Source of the DNA: Bacteroidota bacterium
GTDB taxonomy: Bacteria; Bacteroidota; Ignavibacteria; Ignavibacteriales; Melioribacteraceae
Direction: 5' to 3'
Assembly (NCBI GenBank): GCA_040756515.1
Contig: JBFLYW010000001.1
Span: 169,840 to 233,839 of the forward strand
Length of the DNA stretch: 64,000 nt
Positions 1 through 8,411 of this stretch are shown one piece after another; position 1 is the first letter of the stretch, and the number at the start of each line of letters is the position of its first letter. Both the position numbers and the translations under genes were made by a program. The notes under the pieces are model-generated. The model saw only the letters and a list, made by a program, of their open reading frames with translations, was not told the DNA's origin and searched no databases.

Positions 1-1526
1 AACTGACTTCTTTCCTGAAGTTTCCACATTGCATATGCAGAAGCAACACCGTTTTCCATCGATATTAGTGCCCCTTTTGTTCTGCTGATTATTTCCCCTT
101 TGTATGGTTCATATCCATGGAAATTATGATGCAATATTCCCGTTCCTTTTGTATCTGTCATGAATTCTGAACGGTAGCCAATTAATCCTCTTGCTGGAAT
201 TATAAACTCCAAGCGCACATTCTCATTAAATGAGATCATGTTTTTCATTTCACCTTTACGTTTGCCCAGCTTCTCAATAACAACACCTACATACTCATCA
301 GGAACATCAACAATTACGTGTTCAAACGGTTCACATAAAACGCCATCAATTTTTTTCATTATCACTTCAGGCTTGCTTAACTGAAGTTCAAATCCTTCCC
401 TTCTCATATTTTCTACCAGTATAGCAAGGTGAAGTTCTCCTCTTCCGCTTACTTTAAACACATCCGGGGATTGAGTAATCTCAACACGCAAACTAACATT
501 AGTTTTCAATTCCTTTGAAAGCCGTTCACTAAGATTTCGCGTTGTTACGTATTTGCCTTCAAGTCCTGCAAAAGGAGAATTGTTAACAATAAAATTCATG
601 GTAAGAGTGGGCTCGTCAATCGTAACAAACGGAAGCGGTTCCTGATTTTCAGGATGACAAATCGAATCACCAATGTCAACATCTTCCAGTCCGGCAACTG
701 CACCTATATCCCCGGCAAAAACTTCATTAACCTCAATCCGTTTTATATTTTCAAATACGTATAATTTAGAAACTTTTGTCATATACTTTTCACCGTCGCG
801 GGTTATCAAGACTACCGGATCGCCTACAGAAATTTTTCCGCTATGAATTCTACCGATTCCTATCCTGCCAAGGTAGTCATTATAATCTATTGCAGAGACA
901 AGCATTCTAAAAGGTTCGTCAATTACATTTGGAGGAGGGACGTGTTCAATTATTTGTTCGAGGAGAGCTTCGAGGTTGGTAGATTCATCATCAAGCTGAC
1001 GCTTAGCAATGCCTTGTTTAGCAATAGCAAAGACATAAGGAAAATCCAATTGTTCATCATTAGCACCGAGCGAAACAAACAGATCGAACACTTCATTAAG
1101 CACCTGATTAGGACGCGCATCTTTTCTATCGATTTTATTTATTACAACAATCGGTTTTAAGCCAAGGTCTAAAGATTTTTTAAGAACAAATTTTGTTTGA
1201 GGCAGTGGACCTTCGGCGGCATCAACCAGAAGGAGAACTCCATTTACCATTCTTAAGGTTCGTTCTACTTCTCCGCCAAAATCAGCATGACCCGGAGTGT
1301 CAACAATATTTATTTTAATATTTTTATAAGTGATGCTGCAGTTTTTAGCAAGTATAGTAATTCCTCTTTCTTTTTCGAGCTGATTAGAATCCATAACCCG
1401 TTTATCAACCTTTTGATTTTCCCTCCAGGCACCGGTTTGTTTTAACATGTAATCAACTAACGTGGTTTTACCATGATCTACGTGAGCAATAATTGCGAGA
1501 TTTCTTAGTCCAGAATTTTTCAACAA
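1..1526 (-). CDS. typA: Translational GTPase TypA/BipA, truncated at its 3' end by the window edge
   Basis: My reverse-strand translation from TTG at 1526/1523 (AGGAAGG just upstream) reads LRNLAIIAHVDHGKTTLVDYML...VDTPGHADFGGEVER...VINKIDR. These are G1/G3/G4 GTPase motifs followed by BipA-like domains. The frame stays open to position 1. It is absent from the ORF track because it runs off the window. Confidence 0.85.
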   Translation of the reverse strand, partial: MLKNSGLRNLAIIAHVDHGKTTLVDYMLKQTGAWRENQKVDKRVMDSNQLEKERGITILAKNCSITYKNIKINIVDTPGHADFGGEVERTLRMVNGVLLLVDAAEGPLPQTKFVLKKSLDLGLKPIVVINKIDRKDARPNQVLNEVFDLFVSLGANDEQLDFPYVFAIAKQGIAKRQLDDESTNLEALLEQIIEHVPPPNVIDEPFRMLVSAIDYNDYLGRIGIGRIHSGKISVGDPVVLITRDGEKYMTKVSKLYVFENIKRIEVNEVFAGDIGAVAGLEDVDIGDSICHPENQEPLPFVTIDEPTLTMNFIVNNSPFAGLEGKYVTTRNLSERLSKELKTNVSLRVEITQSPDVFKVSGRGELHLAILVENMRREGFELQLSKPEVIMKKIDGVLCEPFEHVIVDVPDEYVGVVIEKLGKRKGEMKNMISFNENVRLEFIIPARGLIGYRSEFMTDTKGTGILHHNFHGYEPYKGEIISRTKGALISMENGVASAYAMWKLQERSQ

Positions 1527-1535
1527 CCTTCCTTT

Positions 1536-2615
1536 TTAGCTATGTCTAATATTTAATATGTCGCCATCTTTTACTATGTACTCTTTCCCTTCCAAACGCC
1601 AGGCGCCGGCTGCTTTACATTTATTAAACGAACCATGCTCAATAAAATCTTCGTAATGAACAACTTCCGCACGTATAAACCGATTAAAGAAATCCGTATG
1701 TATTACTCCGGCTGCTTGCTGTGCATTAAAATTTTTCTTAATAGTCCAAGCGCGGCATTCATCCTCGCCTACAGTAAAAAATGAATGGAGACCTAATAAT
1801 TCGTATGAGGATTTTAAAATCTTTGCTAAAGCTGATGTAGTTATTCCGTAATCCTGCATAAATACTTTTTTATCTTCATCATTCATTAGTGATAGTTCAA
1901 GCTCTATTTTAGCAAAGAAAGGAATAACCATCGAATTAGATTTCTGTAATTCAGAACTTATTTTCTTAACCTCTTCATCAACTTTTGGAATTGAAGCTTC
2001 ATCAAAATTAACCGCTATTGCAAGCGGCTTTAAGGTTAATAATTGAAACCCGGACAATAATTTTAATTCATTCTCATCAAGATGGAGTGAACGCAGCGGA
2101 AGTTCTTTTTCACAATGTCCCAAGCATTTTTCTATTAAAGGTATTTCCCTCTTCATTTTATCATCTTTCGATTTGAGAACGTCTTTTTTCAATTTCTCAA
2201 GTCGGTTCTCTAAAAATGCGAGGTCCGATAATAGAAATTCTGTTTCAAGAAATTTTATATCGTTAATTGGAGCCACTCTTTTCATTGGATGAGGAATTGA
2301 ATCATCCTTAAATGCTCTTATTATATAAAAAAGAGCATCGTTATTACGAACACTATTCAGAAATGATGAAGTAATTTTAACCTTATTATCCTCAGACATA
2401 CGGAGCCCGGGGATGTCAAGAATTTCGATAGCAGCATTAACCTGTTTTTTAGGATTGAAAATTTTTGAAAGGTTATCCAACCTTTCATCAGGAATTATTA
2501 CAACTTCAATAGAAGCTTCTTCTTTGGGACCAGCAGTATGAGCTCCACTTTTTGAAAGTGTATTGAATAATGTAGTTTTACCAGAATATTGTAAACCAAC
2601 TAAACCAATCTGCAT
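1536..2615 (-). CDS. ychF: Redox-regulated ATPase / GTP-binding protein YchF
   Basis: 359 aa. N-terminal P-loop GLVGLQYSGKTTLFN, and a C-terminal TGS-like end (EGKEYIVKDGDILNIRHS) typical of YchF/OLA1. Confidence 0.88.
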   Translation of the reverse strand: MQIGLVGLQYSGKTTLFNTLSKSGAHTAGPKEEASIEVVIIPDERLDNLSKIFNPKKQVNAAIEILDIPGLRMSEDNKVKITSSFLNSVRNNDALFYIIRAFKDDSIPHPMKRVAPINDIKFLETEFLLSDLAFLENRLEKLKKDVLKSKDDKMKREIPLIEKCLGHCEKELPLRSLHLDENELKLLSGFQLLTLKPLAIAVNFDEASIPKVDEEVKKISSELQKSNSMVIPFFAKIELELSLMNDEDKKVFMQDYGITTSALAKILKSSYELLGLHSFFTVGEDECRAWTIKKNFNAQQAAGVIHTDFFNRFIRAEVVHYEDFIEHGSFNKCKAAGAWRLEGKEYIVKDGDILNIRHS

Positions 2616-2715
2616 TAATTTATCTCGTTTAAAATCTATTTTAAAAACGGGTTTGAAATATAATCAAATTTAACTGGATTAATATCTTTAACAGAATAAA
2701 TAGATAAAATCTACA

Positions 2716-3003
2716 TTAAGAAACAATTTGCGTGTGGAGGGCTATTTCTTCTAGAATAGATGACACTTTAAGACACTCCGAAAGTTCGCCGTTAAATACA
2801 ACTGCTTTACCTTTTACATGTACCTCAAATGTAAGAGAGCGGGCAATGTCAAATGAGCAGTTAATTGCCTTCATAAGCTGATTTATTACTTCATCAAAAG
2901 AATGGACTTCATCGTTGAACAAAATTACTTTGTACGGAAATCCAATTGTAGTCTCATCAGTTGTTTCCGGCTCAGAAATTCCTTTTGGTTTATCAATGGG
3001 CAT
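2716..3003 (-). CDS. clpS: ATP-dependent Clp protease adaptor ClpS
   Basis: 95 aa. The core YKVILFNDEVHSFDEVINQLMKAI...VHVKGKAVV matches the ClpS fold signature. Confidence 0.85.
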   Translation of the reverse strand: MPIDKPKGISEPETTDETTIGFPYKVILFNDEVHSFDEVINQLMKAINCSFDIARSLTFEVHVKGKAVVFNGELSECLKVSSILEEIALHTQIVS

Positions 3004-3123
3004 AGTTTACACAGTTGATTCACTTAAAATTATAAAATTGCTCCCTAAAAATAAATTTTGTTTATATTTTGGCATGAAAATCCAAAAGAGTGATGCTTTA
3101 GAAAAAAACTTTAAGGAGGTTTA

Positions 3124-3870
3124 ATGAAAATTGCTGTTTGTGTTAGTCACGTTCCTGATACCGCAGCCAAAATAAATATTAAAGATGATGGTAAAGGAAT
3201 TGATAAGACAGGTGTAACCTATGTTGTAAATCCATACGATGAATTTGCAATTGAAGAAGCATTAAAGACAAAAGAAAAATTTGGCGGAGATACTGTTGCA
3301 ATTAGTCTGGGAGGCGAAGCTAATAAGGAAACACTTCGCAAAGCATTAGCAATGGGTATTGATAATGCTGTATTATTAAAAGATGATTCTCAAAGGGATT
3401 CTTTGTCTGTAGCTAAAGCTTTGGCAGACGAAATAAAATCTCAGAATTTCGAGTTAGTGTTTTTTGGTAAACAATCTGTGGATTTTGATAATTCAGTTAC
3501 CGGTCAATTAACAGCTGAGCTATTGGGTTATAATTGCATCTCGGTTGTCGTTGATTTTAAACTGGAAGGGAATAAAATTATTGCTGAAAGAGAAATTGAA
3601 GGGGGAAAAGAAGTTGTAGAAACAATTCTACCAGCAGTTATTACTACACAAAAAGGACTGAATGAACCAAGATATGCTTCTTTGAAAGGAATTATGGCTG
3701 CCAAGAAAAAAGTAATTGAAGAAAAACCGGCTTCTTCAGCTAATAATTTTGTTGAAGTTGTTACAATGAAACGACCAGCACCTAAACAAGCCGGCAAAAT
3801 AATTGGTACAGATGCATCGGCTGTTCCAGAATTAATTAGACTGCTTCATGAAGAAGCTAAAGTAATATAG
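3124..3870 (+). CDS. etfB: Electron transfer flavoprotein beta subunit
   Basis: 248 aa. MKIAVCVSHVPDT...VNPYDEFAIEEAL...EPRYASLKGIMAAKKK is the characteristic EtfB sequence. GGAGG RBS upstream; immediately followed by etfA. Confidence 0.9.
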   Translation: MKIAVCVSHVPDTAAKINIKDDGKGIDKTGVTYVVNPYDEFAIEEALKTKEKFGGDTVAISLGGEANKETLRKALAMGIDNAVLLKDDSQRDSLSVAKALADEIKSQNFELVFFGKQSVDFDNSVTGQLTAELLGYNCISVVVDFKLEGNKIIAEREIEGGKEVVETILPAVITTQKGLNEPRYASLKGIMAAKKKVIEEKPASSANNFVEVVTMKRPAPKQAGKIIGTDASAVPELIRLLHEEAKVI

Positions 3871-3878
3871 AGGTTAAT

Positions 3879-4847
3879 ATGGGAAATAAAATTTTAGTTT
3901 TATTAGAACAAAGAAACGGGCAGATAAAAAAACCTTCTCTGGAAGCCGCCAAATCCGCATTTGATTTATCTGCTAAACTTTCTTGTGAATTTGAAACAGC
4001 AGTTATAGGAAATGAAATTGATAATTTGGAATCGATTGGGAATTATGGTGTTACTAAGGTAAAACATTTTAAGAATTCCGAATTGTTGAATTATTCACCT
4101 AGCGCATATTCAAAAATCCTTTCCAAATATGCCAAGGAAACCGGCGCTTCAATTATCATTGTATCAAATACAAGTCTTGGCAAAGATTTAGCTCCAAGGT
4201 TAGCTGCAGTTCTTGATGCCGGATTAGCAATGGATTGTATTTCACTTGAGGTTACGAACAATGAAATTGTTGCAACGAGACCAATTTATGCTGGTAAAGT
4301 ATTATTGGATGTTAAATTGAATAGCAGCGTTAAAATTTTCACATTAAGACCGAATGTATTTTCCGCTGCTAAGTTAAATGATGCTAAAGCAGAGGTCTCC
4401 GTTGTTAATGTTGATAATCCGGATTTAAGTACAAAGGTTGTAGAGATTAAAAAATCCGAAGGCAAAATAGATGTAGCCGAAGCGGAAATAATAGTAGCTG
4501 GCGGACGAGGTATGAAAAGCCGGGAGCATTTTCAACTTATTGATGAACTATCACAATTGTTAGGAGCTGCTTCTGGTGCATCGCGTGCCGTAGTTGATGC
4601 AGGATGGCGTCCGCATAGTGAACAGGTGGGTCAAACTGGAAAAACAGTCTCGCCAACTTTGTATATTGCGTTGGGTATTTCCGGCGCAATACAACATTTA
4701 GCGGGAATGCGTTCTTCAAAATTTATTGTTGCAGTAAATAAAGATAAGGATGCACCGATTTTTCAGATTTCGGATTATGGTATAGTAGGCGACGTTTTCG
4801 AAATTGTTCCGGTAATGATAGAAGAGATCAAGAAAATTAAATCGTGA
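3879..4847 (+). CDS. etfA: Electron transfer flavoprotein alpha subunit
   Basis: 322 aa. The C-terminal FAD-binding block IVAGGRGM...SRAVVDAGW...QVGQTGKTVSPTLYIALGISGAIQHLAGM is diagnostic of EtfA. Confidence 0.9.
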   Translation: MGNKILVLLEQRNGQIKKPSLEAAKSAFDLSAKLSCEFETAVIGNEIDNLESIGNYGVTKVKHFKNSELLNYSPSAYSKILSKYAKETGASIIIVSNTSLGKDLAPRLAAVLDAGLAMDCISLEVTNNEIVATRPIYAGKVLLDVKLNSSVKIFTLRPNVFSAAKLNDAKAEVSVVNVDNPDLSTKVVEIKKSEGKIDVAEAEIIVAGGRGMKSREHFQLIDELSQLLGAASGASRAVVDAGWRPHSEQVGQTGKTVSPTLYIALGISGAIQHLAGMRSSKFIVAVNKDKDAPIFQISDYGIVGDVFEIVPVMIEEIKKIKS

Positions 4848-4853
4848 TTAAAA

Positions 4854-5456
4854 TTGAATAAGGTTCAGGTAGAAATATTAGGATTATCCGCCAGCCCTTC
4901 AGCTGGCGGAGCTTATGCATTGCTTCTTAAAGAAGTTTATGGTGTTAGAAGGTTACCAATTATTATTGGTTCTTTTGAAGCACAATCAATAGCCCTGGAA
5001 ATGGAGGGAATTAAACCGCCGCGGCCACTTACACATGACCTGCTAAAAAATATTATTGATATTTTAGGAGGTTCGGTTTCCGAAGTTATTATTGACGAAC
5101 TACGCGAGAATACTTTTTACGCAAAAGTTAAGATTGAAGCAGCTACACTTTCTAACGAGATTGATTCACGCCCAAGTGACGCGATTGCATTGGCTGTAAG
5201 AACCGGAGCCCCTCTTTATGTTGCAGAAGAAGTTATGAAAATTGCCTCTTTTGTACCATCCTCTGAAGAAGTTGATGAAATTCAAGATTTACCCGGTCAG
5301 CACAAACCTGAAGGCAAATCCCGTAAAAAAAATGTTCCCGAAACAAAATTAGCACAACTTCAAGATCAATTGAGAGAAGCTATTGAAAAAGAAGATTATG
5401 AACGTGCGGCTAAAATAAGAGATGAAATAAACAAGATCTCAGGAAATCAAAATTAA
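4854..5456 (+). CDS. Bifunctional nuclease family protein (DUF151) with C-terminal UVR motif
   Basis: 200 aa. DUF151-like core (LPIIIGSFEAQSIALEMEGIKPPRPLTHDLL...SRPSDAIALAVR) plus a C-terminal UvrB/C-type motif (EDYERAAKIRDEI). TTG start. Confidence 0.78.
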   Translation: MNKVQVEILGLSASPSAGGAYALLLKEVYGVRRLPIIIGSFEAQSIALEMEGIKPPRPLTHDLLKNIIDILGGSVSEVIIDELRENTFYAKVKIEAATLSNEIDSRPSDAIALAVRTGAPLYVAEEVMKIASFVPSSEEVDEIQDLPGQHKPEGKSRKKNVPETKLAQLQDQLREAIEKEDYERAAKIRDEINKISGNQN

Positions 5457-5457
5457 C

Positions 5458-6021
5458 CCCAGCTTTGTCATTAGCAAAAAGTTCTAATGACCGCCATTAG
5501 AAAAAAGTAGTGTTAAGTTGTTTTAGAATAATAAGTTCAGTTTTAGTTTACTAAATGAGTTTTGGCAATTAACTGTAAGAAAAACAGACTAAGGAAACAT
5601 AATTGCCATTTGATAATTGTCTTTATAGACGAACTGGGTTTCTACTACAAAATCTGGTTTAATAATGTAATAAGGTTACCTGTAAGGCTAAGTTTTGGTT
5701 ACTAAGGTTTCCTCAATCAGATATTTGTTACTTGTTTGATTTGTTACTGGCGAACAGTTACCTAACGATTGAACCTTAGTAACAGTGAAGAAGAGAGAAA
5801 CAAATGACCTTATTACCTTATACGAGTGTAAGAAAATAATTGGCAAAGTGTTTCTGCAAAGTAGAAATAACTTCAGTTCAGCAAATGTATAAACAATTCT
5901 TACTTTATAAGGTATTGAAAGCAGGAGAAAATTGATGGTTACAATGAATCTCTTGTTCTTGCTCATACTCAGGAACTCAGCTCCATTATTGGTTTTCAGT
6001 ACTTCTAATGACAAATCTGGG
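5458..6021 (+). mobile_element. Copy 1 of a ~570-bp non-coding TIR element (MITE-like)
   Basis: Termini are CCCAGCTTTGTCATTAG ... CTAATGACAAATCTGGG (inverted). Flanks are TTAAC / TTAAT. It is homologous along its whole length to 32253..32833 and 47716..48287. No ORF is conserved among the copies. The strand label only records that all three copies share one orientation. Confidence 0.8.
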
Positions 6022-7503
6022 TTAATTAAAGATTGTCTTCCCTATTTCACATTCCAGACATTTATTTTTGGAGCAGTAATTTCTAAACAGGTCTATCATT
6101 CCTTGCGCTAAAACAGTTCTATGCAATTGATCATTCATTTGCAATGCATTAGCAACGTCAACAATTACCTGATTTTCGGAACGCTGCTGATAAATTGAAA
6201 ACACTTTTAATATTTTCTTAGTTAAGTGCGAATTTCCGAATATTTCGAAATAGATTGCAAAAAAAGGAAGGATTACATTCACAACTATTTCATCTGCGCG
6301 GGTTGCACCCACAAAATATTTTACATCGCCGTTTGAATTTTGGTCGAATACATAATGCGTTTTCCAAAAACCATCGGATTTAATTACAAATAATGAACGC
6401 AGAGAATTTATTAGAACCGTAAGATTATGGATCTCCGTAATTTTCTTAACTATTATATTAATCATGTTGCCGTGTAAAATTTCCTTAACCAATCTGGCGC
6501 CGCCGGCAATTCTGATTGTTGGAAAGTTCTGGGGTCGTAATCTAAAAAAATGCCAGCTTGTTTCATCCATAAATTTACCATCATAAAATGGTTTCACAGA
6601 ATTCCAGTTGAGCATTATCTTCTCAATATAATCCTTTGAATCCTTACTTGTAATTTTTTCAGGTGATTTAACCAATCCGCTAATGTAAAGAAGTAATGCC
6701 TCATACTTATCAACAAGTACTCCATCAGTTTCTATCTTATGCAGGAAGTTGATATTTGCCGATAGTGCTAATTCAACCATAGGAACTTTATTCTTTGAAT
6801 AACCGAGCGCTTCAAATACTAATTCATAAAAAAGCTGCTGCCAAATTTCTTTTTTGACAAAATCTTTATGTTGAAATTTTCTTTCATGAAACCTTGAAGA
6901 TAGCTCATAAGCAATTACCGGCTCTTTAATATTAAGTTCATTTAAGAATTGCAGTTCTTTTAGTCTATCGTAAATCTTGCTGCACTTTTTATGAAATCTT
7001 TCAACACCAAGTTTTGATAAAAATTTTTCTTTTATATCAGCTGGGATAGGAGTTGAAGAAGCAGAGCATTTGAGTTTTCCGGCACCTTCAATATGTTTTT
7101 CAATAATATTTTGTTTTAGATTTTCCAGGAGGTCCTTCTCAACAAAATTAGAAAGACAAATTGAAGGTACTTTACGCCCAATCCTGGTATAAACGTAAGA
7201 CTGATTATTTCTATTCAAGAGCGTAGCATGAAGAATTACACTGTTATATTTGTTATCAATATTATGCCCGTGCCCTTTCCAATCTGTGTAGTTACAATCA
7301 ATTTCAATATCTCCAACAAATGTCAGATTTCCAATTCTTATACGGGCGTTTTTAAAGTCCGGCCCAGCTATATCTTCGTTTCTTGTTCCGATATCAAGAA
7401 TAGAGATACTATCGCCTGTCTCTGTTTTAAGAGGAGATTTGAAGGATTGCTTTTGCCATATTTCATACAGCAAATTTTCTGGGATCTTTATTTCAGAACT
7501 CAT
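6022..7503 (-). CDS. DUF2851 family protein
   Basis: 493 aa. The N-terminal region (LLYEIWQKQ...GPDFKNARIRIGN...GDIEID...SDW..HGH) and the C-terminal CxxxxCxxC resemble the DUF2851 family common in Bacteroidota-like genomes. Function unknown. Confidence 0.65.
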   Translation of the reverse strand: MSSEIKIPENLLYEIWQKQSFKSPLKTETGDSISILDIGTRNEDIAGPDFKNARIRIGNLTFVGDIEIDCNYTDWKGHGHNIDNKYNSVILHATLLNRNNQSYVYTRIGRKVPSICLSNFVEKDLLENLKQNIIEKHIEGAGKLKCSASSTPIPADIKEKFLSKLGVERFHKKCSKIYDRLKELQFLNELNIKEPVIAYELSSRFHERKFQHKDFVKKEIWQQLFYELVFEALGYSKNKVPMVELALSANINFLHKIETDGVLVDKYEALLLYISGLVKSPEKITSKDSKDYIEKIMLNWNSVKPFYDGKFMDETSWHFFRLRPQNFPTIRIAGGARLVKEILHGNMINIIVKKITEIHNLTVLINSLRSLFVIKSDGFWKTHYVFDQNSNGDVKYFVGATRADEIVVNVILPFFAIYFEIFGNSHLTKKILKVFSIYQQRSENQVIVDVANALQMNDQLHRTVLAQGMIDLFRNYCSKNKCLECEIGKTIFN

Positions 7504-7599
7504 AATAATGAGTTTGTTGTTATCTGACTAACTTTGTGCCACAGCGCCCACTGACTAACTAAAGTTAATATTTAATTATTGGAAATGCTACAGCTAAAA

Positions 7600-8409
7600 T
7601 TAAATAATTGTGGAAATAGTTTCGTTCAGTTTTCTCATTGTATTATGAACCGTTTGTTTGAAAGAAACTGAGTTATCACAATAAATTAGCGACCTGCTAA
7701 CATTAAGAATAAAATTACGGTTATTATTAGAATAGAAAGTTCTTATAACACCTTCAAGATCACCACCTTGTGTACCAACGCCGGGAAGTAAAACCGGTAA
7801 TTCGCCAAATAAATTTATATTCTCTTTAAGCTCAACCAAATTTGTAGCACCGAATACTAATCCGCAGTTCTTGTTAGCATTCCACGATTCAACTCTACTA
7901 ATAACTTTCTGATAAAGGGAGCTACCATCAGCGAGTTTTAACTTTTCAAAATCCTCTGACCCTCGATTTGAGGTTAATGCAAGAATAAAAATAATTTTAT
8001 TTTGGTAATTGAGGAAGGGTTCGATTGAATCATAACCCATATAAGGGTTTACTGTTATGGAGTCGAACTGGAAATAATCGAACAAAGATTGAGCATACAT
8101 CTTACTTGTATTCCCGATGTCTCCGCGTTTAGCATCGCCAATAGTAAGTACTTCCTGAGCAGGTAAGTAACTTATTGTTTCAAGAATATTATCGAATCCT
8201 TTGGCTCCGTCTTTTTCGTAAAATGCAAAGTTTATTTTATAGGCAGCAGCAAATTTGTAAGTGTTATCAATAATTATCTTATTAAACTCTGTTACAGGAT
8301 TTTTACAGTTGAGAAGATGCTGTGGAATTTTATTAATGTCCGTATCTAACCCGACACATACGTGTAATCGTTTCTCTATTCTACTTTTTAGTTTTAGCTG
8401 GGCAGTCAT
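7600..8409 (-). CDS. pyrF: Orotidine 5'-phosphate decarboxylase
   Basis: 269 aa. Motifs VGLDTD, GDAKRGDIGNTS and PGVGTQGG are typical of the long-form PyrF. Confidence 0.85.
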   Translation of the reverse strand: MTAQLKLKSRIEKRLHVCVGLDTDINKIPQHLLNCKNPVTEFNKIIIDNTYKFAAAYKINFAFYEKDGAKGFDNILETISYLPAQEVLTIGDAKRGDIGNTSKMYAQSLFDYFQFDSITVNPYMGYDSIEPFLNYQNKIIFILALTSNRGSEDFEKLKLADGSSLYQKVISRVESWNANKNCGLVFGATNLVELKENINLFGELPVLLPGVGTQGGDLEGVIRTFYSNNNRNFILNVSRSLIYCDNSVSFKQTVHNTMRKLNETISTII

Positions 8410-8411
8410 TT

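Noticed and set aside
843-1160. Antisense or alternative-frame track ORFs inside well-supported genes. Examples are 843..1160, 3528..3797, 9043..9261, 13397..13645, 25848..26207, 44286..44651, 56667..57029 and 62842..63117.
   Set aside because: Each lies wholly within a longer ORF that has clear family motifs on the other strand or frame. Their translations are low-complexity with no recognisable domains.
5688-6014. 108-aa minus-strand ORF inside TIR element copy 1, and the related 62-aa ORF 47946..48134 in copy 3
   Set aside because: The frame is not maintained in copy 2, which has no ORF of 60 aa or more on that strand inside the element, and it is truncated in copy 3. The sequence is low-complexity and hydrophobic. 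I treat it as chance ORFs in non-coding repeat DNA.
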